From contig JBGTHM010000115.1 of the NCBI GenBank assembly GCA_041746255.1, positions 1 through 64,000 on the forward strand: a DNA stretch of 64,000 nucleotides, read 5' to 3'. Shown in pieces: positions 11,501 through 20,676 of this stretch (the first letter of the stretch is position 1; each line of letters begins with the position of its first letter). The notes beneath the pieces were generated by a model, which had not been told where the DNA came from, made no database searches, and saw nothing but the letters and a program-made list of their open reading frames with translations. The stretch comes from Fibrobacteria bacterium (GTDB lineage: Bacteria; Fibrobacterota; Fibrobacteria; UBA11236). Made by a program: the position numbers and the translations under genes.

Positions 11501-12179
11501 TAAGCGGGTTATCGGGATACCGGGTCACAAGTAGATTGAGGAGTTCATAAGATCGGTCGGAATTACCTTGTAAATCGGCGATAAAGGCAGACCTAACCAA
11601 AGCGGGCGGAACGTCTTTATGGGTTGAATATTCCTTGAGGAACCGGTCGAAGTAAGCCATCGAGCCGTTATGATTGCGACGGGGCGCGACGGGCTCGGCG
11701 CCTCTACGATCCCGATCTTCCCACTTCGTATAGAGTTTTTCGTATTCTTCCTGCTTGATAAGAAACGCGTCTTCTTCATTTTGAAAAGTCAAATTGGCTA
11801 CTTGAAAAATCGCCGAGGCGCATCTGTCGGTACGTTCGGTACAGCTATTCACATAATCCTGGAATTCTTTAATGCTCCGGTCACGGGATTCCATACGGGT
11901 TTTCAAGTCCTTTGGAGTCGCGTTTCCCTTTCTTTGCAATTCCTTTTGAACATCCGCACGATAACGCTCCAAGTCGCGTTTGTACTTCTCTACTCCCTTG
12001 CTGCGCTTATCGAGGCATTTGGAACGCTCAGGTTCACTCATGGCGTCGCATTTTTGCTGCCACTCATCCAGCTCAAGTTTACGTTTTTTCAGCTCAACCA
12101 AATTACTGGCGGATAGCGGGGCTGCAAATGCAACCACGCCGAGAACTACCAATATTCGGGAAAATTTGATTTTAAACAT
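8514..12179 (-). CDS. Large exported tetratricopeptide-repeat protein (1221 aa; GltD/AgmU-like architecture)
   Basis: Signal peptide followed by many TPR-like helical repeats (AL..AA..Y / ..YP.S) over the whole length. Confidence 0.75.
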   Translation of the reverse strand: MFKIKFSRILVVLGVVAFAAPLSASNLVELKKRKLELDEWQQKCDAMSEPERSKCLDKRSKGVEKYKRDLERYRADVQKELQRKGNATPKDLKTRMESRDRSIKEFQDYVNSCTERTDRCASAIFQVANLTFQNEEDAFLIKQEEYEKLYTKWEDRDRRGAEPVAPRRNHNGSMAYFDRFLKEYSTHKDVPPALVRSAFIADLQGNSDRSYELLNLLVTRYPDNPLTIPSHLRLGEYWMMKRKYQSAIKHYEKVPVNYPGPEAGLALYHHAEAYYNMADFERAASLYYQYVDLCDAGKLKCDLREEALEFMAASWADMDHGFDAARSFLRDKGKPWENDVYYEIGQKNKAHDRLDESVNAFKFLLQRDPTYPRAPNADLIIVEILVIQKRAEEAQAARLELVQRYTPNSSWSTQNSSNKKAFEDAQKAIKIAMYQIPVFYHTQGEVGEGDMELLGKAEEHYRGYLSRYSAETSWDIYQVHQNLAVVYGKMKQYARSADEWMWCANAPIEKYGKKPAEKKDLISKQDAAFNAVVMMDENRKLALSRLNDDKAAAYNSTETRDYFTTVEKYLSMYGKSATAPDLAYNAAFVHYEAKQYDRAITNLEKLLKDFPNHKHTNLIQRALGQSYLEAGHFDKAETQFRALLRRIPKSGPEYGDVRKSLASTQFKQAEFQGRNGDHSAAALKYSQMARDFEDVEIADKALYEAGLHYDTAGRVEDAARILTSIHQKYPKSPLAIRGILKAASIYGEKGKHRNSAESFLMVQKAYPQDSMGFLSISWAAQAYEKVPDPKASAETYVLAHKYYPKSDKTPSLLYNAGQTYENSNEFDQAVRIYKLLGDEYPKSTYALEAVFSVPLILEKKGDHKRAAAAYEEFAQKYKNDIPKLIRAHLGAGKSFMKMGDEKKGLSHLGSVVQIQDKHGVSEGLPPLFAAEAAYLIGDSYFQKISGIRLNGSKRDNQNNAKIMQGHLAPAITNFAKSAEQGEEEWTLRSTMRMGDVFAKIGEISRDERIQAKGKEERIAEEIQIKMALPGYYDKAREIYEKNLELARNQGIRSPWVDSTGVKFLSMYWHKAQTFEDLGKILASAPLPSGLEKEEREAYQAALQDKAYEAEQQAKPIYKEGLRAASYFALENEFKSRISRRLQELEPEAEELGLKPETLPSVPRTGSASETTNDEKYSTNMERIAKIYENNSLTDDQKINMYRQMEAEAKEEISTLRSSLGN

Positions 12180-12222
12180 GCTTCTCTCCTAGATCAATAG
12201 CTTCGATAGCCCGGAAAGGAAG

Positions 12223-14463
12223 TTACTCCACTTCCAAATCTTGCAGTTCCTGTTGTGAGGGCAAGGCCTTTTCACCCTTGGAGCCTCTGACATTAATTAC
12301 GGTTGCTTTGGTGAATTGCGCGTCGCGGATGATACGATCCTTGTTCGCAATGAATTTCTCCATTTGTTCCACACGGCGCATGAATTCCAAGTGGGCTTCG
12401 ATTTGCCCGTGGATATTCTCGAACTTGGGACGCAGCTCTTCACGCTGCTGCAATACTCGAGGTGTAGGCAATTGGTTGGATAATTGCAGGGCTCGTTGTT
12501 GGACCTGCTGGAATTCCCCTTGGGTACCCATCAATTTCTGCCTCTGGTCCTGAATTTCAGCGGCGCTTATGGTTTTCTGCTCTGCGGAACGCATCGCATT
12601 GTCGAAGGAAGCAATGGACTTATCGTAGTCTTTGTCAAAATACTGGGTATATCCCATCAACAGGTGGGCTTCGGGAACAAGGAGGCTCCCCGGTGTTTTA
12701 TTGATGATGTCGCTGGCATAAGCTTGAGCCTCTTTGAAGCGCTGCACTTTCAGAAAAGACCAGGCTAGACCTAAAAGGGCCTCATCATATTTGGTGCAGG
12801 TCGGGGAAACTTGCCCGTAATATTCAGCGGCCTTGACCAGCTGCGGGGGTTCGGCGCTGAAGTAGATATGCCCCAATTTGACGGCGGTTACTTCCTTCAT
12901 CTCCTGCTCGGAAACATTGGTGGCCCTGGTTTGCAAAATATCCATGAAGGCGGACTCGGCTTCACGCATTCTTTTCAAATTGACATAGCTCATTCCCAAT
13001 GTATAACGTGCGTAAACATAATTGGAGTTGCCTGGAAGAATAGGTGACAGGAGGGAAATGGCGGTTTGGTAATCCTTTTGGATGAACCGGATCTGGCCTT
13101 CAACGTAGTCGGCATCCGACTTGACATCGGAATCGGGGAAAAGGCTTCCGATTTGACGGTAGCGCTTGGTAGCCTCGTCGAATTTCCCTTCCTTATAGTC
13201 GATGTTCATCAACTGGAACATGTATTTGGGGCGCTGCTCCGAATCGGTGTATCGCTTGAGCGCGTCGTTATAGACATCGCGGGCCGCCTGATGCATACGC
13301 AGGTTTTCAAAGGATTTTCCCTTGTAAAAGGCGGCCTGATCCACGAGGTGAAAGGAAGGATATTTTGTGATAACCTTTCCGAAAGCATAGGACGCCAACA
13401 GGAATTTGCGGGCCAAGTAGAGGCGCATGGCTTCGCGGTAGGCGTTTTCGGGTTCGAGTTTCAACCTGCGATATCGGGCTTCGCCGATCCGTTCTTCGCG
13501 CGTGGGGCCTACGCGTGTAGTAGCCTTGAAGTTCCACACGAAACCACGGGATTTATCCTCCATGGATAGCTTGTCATGCGACATGTCCAAATCAAGCTGG
13601 AGATACCGGAAAAGATTGACGCGTTTAACATTGACGGTCGCTCCGAGTACCGGATAGCTGAGCTTGTTGAATTTGATTTTGAGGCCGAGCAGAGGGCTCA
13701 GGTAATAGGTAGCGCGTGCGCTACCAACGATATCGAGGCCTTCGGCTCCTTCGGTATCGATATGCACAAGGTCGATAGCGCTGATAGAACCGGCCAACTC
13801 GAGTCGGCGGTTGAACCCCCTCCAAAATACCGAAGTATTCATGTTCATTGGAATTTTGTAGGTACCCCCATCTGGCAATTCCACCAGAGGTTGCAAAACG
13901 TTCTGAATGGCCAGACCCAATTGCAGGTGGCCAAAACGCGAACTGCTCATAGGGTTGTAGCCCAAGCCAAAATCGATTCCATGGCCGAAGCTTTTGGTAA
14001 TACCAAATGCGTCGAATTGAATAAGGGAGTAGTTGACGCCCAAGGCAATTTTATGCGACAACCCAGCCGGAAAGCCGAAAGGCATACGCATGGCATACGA
14101 GAGCGTATAGGCATTTTCAAGGTATACCGAATTGGTATTGTCGATGCGGGAGCCGTTCTCGAAAACCGAGAGGCCCAACGAATGATTGTAGCCAAAGGGA
14201 TGAACGGCCGAAAGAAATTCCTGGCCGGCTTTTCCCGATATGGTCTGGAACAATCCGATACCGATTTCAATCTGATCATTCTCGGCGATGGAGGCCGGAT
14301 TTACATAGATCGCGGTGTTGTCTCCATACTCCGAAAACCAGTCGTTTTGCTGGTAGAAATGCGGTTTGTACGGGGCCTGAGCCGAACTGAGGGACCAGGC
14401 GAGACCAACTAGGGCCGGAATAGTAATTATTCGCTTCAATTTACACGCTCCCCTATTCATCAC
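12223..14463 (-). CDS. Outer-membrane barrel (PorV/FadL-like NPA N-terminus) fused to a C-terminal TPR array
   Basis: Signal peptide, YVNPASIA motif, about 290 aa of beta-strand pattern, then TPR repeats and a coiled coil. Confidence 0.6.
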   Translation of the reverse strand: MMNRGACKLKRIITIPALVGLAWSLSSAQAPYKPHFYQQNDWFSEYGDNTAIYVNPASIAENDQIEIGIGLFQTISGKAGQEFLSAVHPFGYNHSLGLSVFENGSRIDNTNSVYLENAYTLSYAMRMPFGFPAGLSHKIALGVNYSLIQFDAFGITKSFGHGIDFGLGYNPMSSSRFGHLQLGLAIQNVLQPLVELPDGGTYKIPMNMNTSVFWRGFNRRLELAGSISAIDLVHIDTEGAEGLDIVGSARATYYLSPLLGLKIKFNKLSYPVLGATVNVKRVNLFRYLQLDLDMSHDKLSMEDKSRGFVWNFKATTRVGPTREERIGEARYRRLKLEPENAYREAMRLYLARKFLLASYAFGKVITKYPSFHLVDQAAFYKGKSFENLRMHQAARDVYNDALKRYTDSEQRPKYMFQLMNIDYKEGKFDEATKRYRQIGSLFPDSDVKSDADYVEGQIRFIQKDYQTAISLLSPILPGNSNYVYARYTLGMSYVNLKRMREAESAFMDILQTRATNVSEQEMKEVTAVKLGHIYFSAEPPQLVKAAEYYGQVSPTCTKYDEALLGLAWSFLKVQRFKEAQAYASDIINKTPGSLLVPEAHLLMGYTQYFDKDYDKSIASFDNAMRSAEQKTISAAEIQDQRQKLMGTQGEFQQVQQRALQLSNQLPTPRVLQQREELRPKFENIHGQIEAHLEFMRRVEQMEKFIANKDRIIRDAQFTKATVINVRGSKGEKALPSQQELQDLEVE

Positions 14464-15746
14464 TTAATCCGGTAAAATTCGATGCGACGATTGATTTGGC
14501 GACCCGCCGCGGTATTATTGGTCGCCTTCGGCTTGGTTGAACCATAGCCCTTGGCAACCAAACGACCTCCTTGAATTCCCCGGTTAACCAGGTATTCACG
14601 AACGGCATTGGCCCGGTCATAAGACAACTGATTATTGATTTTATCCGAGCCCGTATTATCGGTGTGTCCGGAAATTTCGAACCTACGATCCGGAACGGCC
14701 ATCAATTGCTCATAGACATAATCCAGATGCTGGAAAGACTCTTCCAGGATTTCCGCGCTGCCCGTCGCGAAGACAATGCCTTCCACGATGAAATTTTCCT
14801 CGATAGGCTTGATCTCCCGTTTTGGCGGAGGCGGAGGCGGCGGTGGGGCCGGTTTGGTCATAACTACAGGAGGCGGTGGCGCAGGCTCCTCATAGGGTAT
14901 CGGGTCAGGCGCGCGCTCAATTTGCGCAGGAACTTCTTTGGCCAACAATCCGATATCCACCTGTCCGTATCCGCGCCGGACCATGGGTGATTTGGAGGCT
15001 ACAAAGAAATTCGGGCTTCCCAAGCTCGGGTTCAGAAACATCGGCTCATTGGAGATATTGGTTTTATTGACACGCGAATAGCGATTGAAGGGAATGACAT
15101 TCTTGAAAATGTTATTGTAGATGATTTGCGATTGTCCCGAAGCGGGGTCGGAGTAGACGCCATATTCATGGTTTTCCATCAATATGTTGTTCCGAATCAT
15201 GATACGGCTGGGGCCCTTAAGCGTCAGCCCGCTATATCCATTACGCAGGACGACATTGTTTTCAATGCGCGTATCAAGAGACTTGGCGCCCCAAGCCAGT
15301 ATTCCGGACCATCGATTTCCATAGACGACGTTATTATAAATTTGAGGCAGCGAGATAAACGCACCGATACCAGCGCCCTGATTGTCGATAATCCAGTTGT
15401 GATGGATATATCCCGAAGCGTTTTCGCATAGGATGCCGTCAATTCCATTGGTGATGGTAAAGCGACCGATTTCGGATCCTGTGACCATGTAAACTGTCGG
15501 ACCCTTGCGCATTCCGTCGATGATGCATTCGAGGGGGTTGGTACCCAGCAGGGTAACGCCCTGGACTAGAGTGATGTTCTCCCTGTAGCGACCGGGAGAA
15601 ACCAGAACTGTGTCACCGTAGTCTGCGCTCGTAAGAGCCCCATTGATGGTGGGGAAGCCGCCCGGAACCCGAATCACTTTGGATTCGGTAATCGAGGGGA
15701 CGAGCAAGGTGCAGCACAGCCATGCCGCGGGCAAATGTTTTCGCAT
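14460..15746 (-). CDS. Parallel beta-helix protein with Pro-rich linker and OmpA-like peptidoglycan-binding domain
   Basis: VPGGFPTIN.A...GDTVLVSPGRYRE start, I.NN.I..N repeats, poly-Pro linker, and GHTDNTGS...LSYDRANAV...NRRIEF OmpA_C motifs. Confidence 0.85.
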   Translation of the reverse strand: MRKHLPAAWLCCTLLVPSITESKVIRVPGGFPTINGALTSADYGDTVLVSPGRYRENITLVQGVTLLGTNPLECIIDGMRKGPTVYMVTGSEIGRFTITNGIDGILCENASGYIHHNWIIDNQGAGIGAFISLPQIYNNVVYGNRWSGILAWGAKSLDTRIENNVVLRNGYSGLTLKGPSRIMIRNNILMENHEYGVYSDPASGQSQIIYNNIFKNVIPFNRYSRVNKTNISNEPMFLNPSLGSPNFFVASKSPMVRRGYGQVDIGLLAKEVPAQIERAPDPIPYEEPAPPPPVVMTKPAPPPPPPPPKREIKPIEENFIVEGIVFATGSAEILEESFQHLDYVYEQLMAVPDRRFEISGHTDNTGSDKINNQLSYDRANAVREYLVNRGIQGGRLVAKGYGSTKPKATNNTAAGRQINRRIEFYRIK

Positions 15747-16047
15747 AAAGTAATTCCCTACTATCCGAAGGTTACAATCACGACTGGATTAGGATGAAGT
15801 GGATTCAAATCCATGGGTAACTTATCCTCTGAACTGAATTAAGTCAAATGATTTTTGCCAAAAGATGCGGAGATTTCTTAAACGAGATACCCTTCTCAGG
15901 TAGTTTGGCATCCCAGAGGCGCAAGATGGAAAAAATTGCTAACTTGAACCACCTCCAATGAACGTGAAGGCGGCAAATAAACACCCGGTTTCATATACGT
16001 TCCTCCTCCAACTTGCAATACCCATGGTTAAGGGAGATTCCACCGGC

Positions 16048-17628
16048 ATGAAAAGATTTTTCGGGGCAAGTTTAATCATCGGTTTTGCGATTTTCCAAGG
16101 ATGCCAGAAGGATGGAACCGCTCCCGGCCAGGTTTTACGGGTCATAAACACTGCCGAGCCCGCCACTCTCGACTTACACAAGGCTACGGGGCAACCGGAG
16201 TTCAGAATCCTCGGCGCCCTGTTCGAGGGCTTGGTAACGCGCGGAACCGGTGGAAAGATTGAACCGGGGCTGGCCTATTCCTGGGATATTTCGGAAGACG
16301 GCCTGACTTATACTTTCCACCTTCGCCCCAGTTCCTGGTCGGACGGATCTCCGCTCAAGGCCGAGGAGATCGTCCGGTCCTGGAGAAGATTTGTCGACCC
16401 CCGAACCGCGAGCCAATATTCCGCCTTGCTGGGATCCGTAGTCAACGGCTCAGCCATCCGTCTGGGTGAAATGCCTCCCGATTCTCTCGGCATCGCCGCC
16501 CCTAACGATTCCACCGTCGTTGTCAGGCTCGAGCATCCCGTTGGTTTTTTTCTGCAATTATGCGCTTTTGAGCCCCTTTTCCCGATTCGTGTAGAAATCG
16601 CCGAAAAATACCAGGAAAGCTGGACCCGACCCGAGCATATTGTCGGGAATGGTCCCTTCCGCATGCTCTCCTGGAGCCGAAACCGGGATTTGGTGGTGGA
16701 AAAGAATCCCCATTATTGGGATTCGGCCTCGGTCACGCAAGCCCAGATTTCCTTCAAACCCGTAGAAGACCCACTTACCGCATATAATATGTTCCTAACG
16801 GGCGAAGCCCATTGGATCTTCAATATTCCTCCCAGCAAGTTGGAAGAGGCATCCCGAAAAGCGGAATACCATACTCAACCCATGTTCGGAACCTATTACT
16901 ATTCCGTCAATTGCACCAAACCCGGCTTCGACTCCCCCGCCTTACGTAAAGCCCTGGCGTATGCCATCGACCGGAAAAAAATTGTTGACCATGTTCTAAA
17001 AGGCGGGCAGGTTCCCGCATCCGGTTTCCTTCCTCCTCTCGAAGGCTATGCCGGAGCCGGCATGGAATTGTATGACCCTGAAAAAGCCCGCCGTTTCCTG
17101 AAAGAAAGCGGCTTCAGCGCCGAAAATCCTCCGAAAGGCCTGCAAATTTTATTCAACAACAGTGAAACCCATAAAAGCGTGGCGGAAGTTGTACGGCAAA
17201 TGTGGAGGGAGGAACTCGGTTTCGAAACGGAACTCGTCAATTACGAATGGAAGGTCTACCTGGATAATACCCGCAACCTGACCTATGCCTCCATTGCCCG
17301 TTCCTCCTGGATAGGGGACTTCGCGGATCCGGTTACCTTTTTGGAATTATCCGTCTCGGACAATGGAAACAACCGTACGGGTTATCGCAACCCTCGCTAT
17401 GATCAGATGCTGGCGGAGTCGTGGACCATTCAGGATGCCGGAAAACGCATGCAGCACCTGCTGGAAGCCGAAAAGTTGCTTCTGGAGGATATGCCCGTCA
17501 TACCCATTTATTATTACACCATCAACGAATTACGTAGCCGCTCCTTACGCGGCGCCGACGCCGACCCCCTGGGAATGTATTCCTGGAAACGGGTTTTTCT
17601 CGAGTCCGCCCACGGCGCACGGGATTGA
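16048..17628 (+). CDS. oppA: Oligopeptide ABC transporter substrate-binding lipoprotein
   Basis: Lipobox FQG-C after the ATG at 16048; EPATLD, FEGL, YTFHLR...WSDG and GNGPF SBP family 5 motifs. Confidence 0.9.
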   Translation: MKRFFGASLIIGFAIFQGCQKDGTAPGQVLRVINTAEPATLDLHKATGQPEFRILGALFEGLVTRGTGGKIEPGLAYSWDISEDGLTYTFHLRPSSWSDGSPLKAEEIVRSWRRFVDPRTASQYSALLGSVVNGSAIRLGEMPPDSLGIAAPNDSTVVVRLEHPVGFFLQLCAFEPLFPIRVEIAEKYQESWTRPEHIVGNGPFRMLSWSRNRDLVVEKNPHYWDSASVTQAQISFKPVEDPLTAYNMFLTGEAHWIFNIPPSKLEEASRKAEYHTQPMFGTYYYSVNCTKPGFDSPALRKALAYAIDRKKIVDHVLKGGQVPASGFLPPLEGYAGAGMELYDPEKARRFLKESGFSAENPPKGLQILFNNSETHKSVAEVVRQMWREELGFETELVNYEWKVYLDNTRNLTYASIARSSWIGDFADPVTFLELSVSDNGNNRTGYRNPRYDQMLAESWTIQDAGKRMQHLLEAEKLLLEDMPVIPIYYYTINELRSRSLRGADADPLGMYSWKRVFLESAHGARD

Positions 17629-17637
17629 GAAGCACCA

Positions 17638-18558
17638 GTGGAAAAGCGCATTCGGTTTTTTAAAAGGCTGGGTCTCCGGCTCCTGATAAACCTCTTTACG
17701 CTTTTCATCATCGTCAGCCTTTCCTACGCCATCATGAAGGTCGCGCCCGGAAACCCTTTTGAACAGGAAAGGGCGGTGAGTGCGGAGGTTCTGGCTGAGT
17801 TGAAGCTAAAGTATGAGTTCGGCTATTGGGAATATCTTTCCGGCGTATTCCTGAAGGGCGATTTCCGTTATTCCTATTCGCATCGTGACTTAAAAGTCAT
17901 GGAGATTATCGGGGAGGCTTTGCCCGTCTCGCTGGAATTGGGGGCCTATGCCATGGCGCTCGCGGTTTTGATGGGGCTGGGCTGGGGCGTAAGTTCGGCC
18001 TTGGTACAGGGTAAAGGCTACCAGGCCTTGATACTCGGCGTGGCTATGCTGGGAATCGCCATTCCCAATTTCGTACTCGGCACGTTTTTGCAGTTGGTTT
18101 TCGCCTTGGAGTTGCAATGGACCCGTGTGGCCGGATGGGATGGATTTTCCGGTAAAATTTTACCCGTAATAACCTTGAGCCTGTCTTATATCGCCTATAT
18201 CACGCGGATATCGCGGGGCAGCTTCTTGGAAAACCTGAATCGGGATTATGTCCGCACGGCCCGAGCCAAGGGGCTGGCCATGGGACGTATCTTGTGGAAG
18301 CATGTCTTACGGAACAGCCTATTACCCGTGGTCAATTACATGGCTCCCGCGGCGGCGGCCATCCTGACGGGAACCCTGGTTGTCGAGAAAATTTTCAATA
18401 TTCCCGGCATGGGCCGATATTTCGTCGAATCCGTTTTCCAACGCGATTATCCTCTGGCGCTTGGAGTCATCATCGTATATTCGCTTTTTCTGCTCTCCTT
18501 GAATCTTATCGCGGATATTCTACAAACGCTTATCGATCCCCGGATAGAACTACAATGA
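17638..18558 (+). CDS. oppB: Oligopeptide ABC transporter permease
   Basis: APGNPF, DYVRTARAKGL and VEKIFNIPGMGRYFV motifs. Confidence 0.92.
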   Translation: MEKRIRFFKRLGLRLLINLFTLFIIVSLSYAIMKVAPGNPFEQERAVSAEVLAELKLKYEFGYWEYLSGVFLKGDFRYSYSHRDLKVMEIIGEALPVSLELGAYAMALAVLMGLGWGVSSALVQGKGYQALILGVAMLGIAIPNFVLGTFLQLVFALELQWTRVAGWDGFSGKILPVITLSLSYIAYITRISRGSFLENLNRDYVRTARAKGLAMGRILWKHVLRNSLLPVVNYMAPAAAAILTGTLVVEKIFNIPGMGRYFVESVFQRDYPLALGVIIVYSLFLLSLNLIADILQTLIDPRIELQ

Positions 18559-19415
18559 CGACCTCTGCCCTGTCAGCGGGAATTTCTCCGTGGCGAGCCG
18601 CCCTGCTGCAATTAGCACGCGATCGACGCGCCGTATTTTCCGGTGGATTTCTGGCCCTTTTGATTCTCTCGGTAATTTTCGGCCCCTGGGTGTTGCCGCA
18701 TTTTGAAGCCCAGACTCTGGAATTGCAATTGGCTTCGCCCTCGCTCGGCAATTTATTGGGGACGGATCATTTAGGGCGGGACTTGCTGGCGCGTATTCTG
18801 GTGGGAGGCCGTCTTTCCCTGGCCATCGGAATTTTAGCTACTGTCGTGAGCGTGATTATCGGTACATCTTATGGTTGTATAGCCGGATTTTTCCATGAAA
18901 AGCTGGACCTGGTGATGATGCGGGTGGTTGACATCCTCTATACTCTGCCCTATATGTTTTTGGTCATCATTCTCATTTTTCTATTCGGAAAAAACATTTA
19001 CGTGCTGTTTCTGGCGCTGGGGCTGGTCCAATGGCTTACCATCGCCCGTATTGTCAGGGGCCAGGTCCTTTCGTTGAAAAACGAGGAATTCATCCTGGCA
19101 GCTCGGGCGTTGGGGGTATCCCGGAGCCGGATTATCCTACGCCACATTATTCCGAATGTAATGGGAATAGTGATTATTTACGCCACCTTAACGGTGCCCA
19201 GCGTTATTTTGCAAGAAGCGTTTCTAAGCTTTTTGGGACTGAACGTCCAGAATTGCACCTGGGGGGTGTTGGTGGCCGAGGGGAAGGATTATATGGATTC
19301 GGCGTGGTGGCTGATAGTCTTCCCGGGAGCCGTTTTGACCCTGTGCCTACTTTGCATGAACTTTTTGGGCGATAGCTTACGGGATGCTTTGGATCCCACT
19401 TCCCGACCACGGTAA
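18555..19415 (+). CDS. oppC: Oligopeptide ABC transporter permease
   Basis: ATGA overlap with oppB; LLGTDHLGRD, EFILAARALG and GDSLRDALDP motifs. Confidence 0.92.
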   Translation: MTTSALSAGISPWRAALLQLARDRRAVFSGGFLALLILSVIFGPWVLPHFEAQTLELQLASPSLGNLLGTDHLGRDLLARILVGGRLSLAIGILATVVSVIIGTSYGCIAGFFHEKLDLVMMRVVDILYTLPYMFLVIILIFLFGKNIYVLFLALGLVQWLTIARIVRGQVLSLKNEEFILAARALGVSRSRIILRHIIPNVMGIVIIYATLTVPSVILQEAFLSFLGLNVQNCTWGVLVAEGKDYMDSAWWLIVFPGAVLTLCLLCMNFLGDSLRDALDPTSRPR

Positions 19416-19440
19416 GGCCACCAGGGCCTTATTCCAATAA

Positions 19441-19471
19441 AAAAAGGCCTCATGGTTAATGGGGCCTTTTT
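19441..19471. terminator. Bidirectional intrinsic terminator between convergent oppC and the Hc1-like gene
   Basis: aaaaaggcctcat-ggtta-atggggccttttt stem flanked by A and T runs. Confidence 0.75.
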
Positions 19472-19521
19472 GATGGTGAAATCCTGACCTTGGGCGGAGA
19501 TTTACCGCCTAGGGCAGTGGA

Positions 19522-19713
19522 TTAGGCGGACGGAGCCGAATCCGTAGTTTTCTTTTCGCTTTGAATTCCCACCCTTAAATCTTGGGAAATTTTCTTGATG
19601 TTCTGCAGAACCTTACGAGCCCGCGTGCCGGCGGATTTATTGCCGCGCTCGAACTTCTCGTATTCTTCTTTCAAAACGGCAATCTCGTTTTCCAAATCTT
19701 GAATTGTACTCAT
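19522..19713 (-). CDS. Histone H1-like Hc1-family small protein
   Basis: 63 aa with KFERGNKSAGTRARK, the Hc1-family signature; upstream GGGAGG RBS. Confidence 0.8.
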   Translation of the reverse strand: MSTIQDLENEIAVLKEEYEKFERGNKSAGTRARKVLQNIKKISQDLRVGIQSEKKTTDSAPSA

Positions 19714-19830
19714 TGAACTAGACCTCCCGAGGTAAGAAATGTTTTTTAGGCTTTTCTTGGCCTATCGAACCTTTAAATTGCATAAGCGGATTAGAAATGT
19801 CAAACCGAAAACCCCTTTTTTATTTAAAAT

Positions 19831-20676
19831 TCAAGGTTTCGGCAATAAAACATCCATTTTTTTGATAATTTCGACATATTCAGCTGCACGGGCAGTATCC
19901 GAACAACCCTCAACTCCGACCAAACCCGCCGATGAAGCGTAAAAAAGGACGGGAACGCCCATGTCCGTCCACCCTTGGAAGCGCATTTCCCTCCCCCATG
20001 AAAGGGTATCGACTTGGCCCTGCCAATAGCGGGTCATCTCTGCCAAACGCGCTTGGGCGGCCTTTCCCGGCAATCGAATGATTTGCGCGGTATCAATTTG
20101 ACAGGGGTAGGCTACCGAAAAAGCGGGCGTTTCCCAAGAGAAACCCATGGGTTGCCCTAAATGTACCCGTTCACTGCCCGCCACTCTATGTAAACGGGGG
20201 AAAGCCCGAAAAACCTCGGGCAGGCGACCCAATTCAAAGTCTTTTAGGCTTTCCTGCAAATAGGCTTGAGGTACCAGGGCATGGTGGGAATAATGAACCT
20301 CCCCCAGAAAATGACCCAAATGGAATAGCAAAGAAGGTCCTTTGCGATACACCCCCTTGTCCAATTCCGCATCCGGAGGTGCATTCCGCTGAAATAGAAA
20401 ATAGGCCCAATAATCCTGGGAAAATTCCCATAACCGCACCTCCAAGGTATCGTGTGCCACAAAAAAGAGACTGTGGATCTGTGCGGGTACTCGTTGTTCG
20501 AGATTCCCCATGCCGAAATCGACTAGCGTGTCGCGGGTATGCGCGGTTGTAGGACGACGCTCGAGCCAGTGGAACTCAGCCGGCCAATTCGGTTTCCTTT
20601 CCGGCTCCGGCCCGTTGCTACAAGCCATCAGGGCAATCCCAGCCCATGCCGAAAGCGTAAAACGTATTACACTCAA
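19831..20676 (-). CDS. Hypothetical lipoprotein
   Basis: Lipobox LMA-C; TTGA overlap with the upstream gene. Confidence 0.6.
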   Translation of the reverse strand: MSVIRFTLSAWAGIALMACSNGPEPERKPNWPAEFHWLERRPTTAHTRDTLVDFGMGNLEQRVPAQIHSLFFVAHDTLEVRLWEFSQDYWAYFLFQRNAPPDAELDKGVYRKGPSLLFHLGHFLGEVHYSHHALVPQAYLQESLKDFELGRLPEVFRAFPRLHRVAGSERVHLGQPMGFSWETPAFSVAYPCQIDTAQIIRLPGKAAQARLAEMTRYWQGQVDTLSWGREMRFQGWTDMGVPVLFYASSAGLVGVEGCSDTARAAEYVEIIKKMDVLLPKP

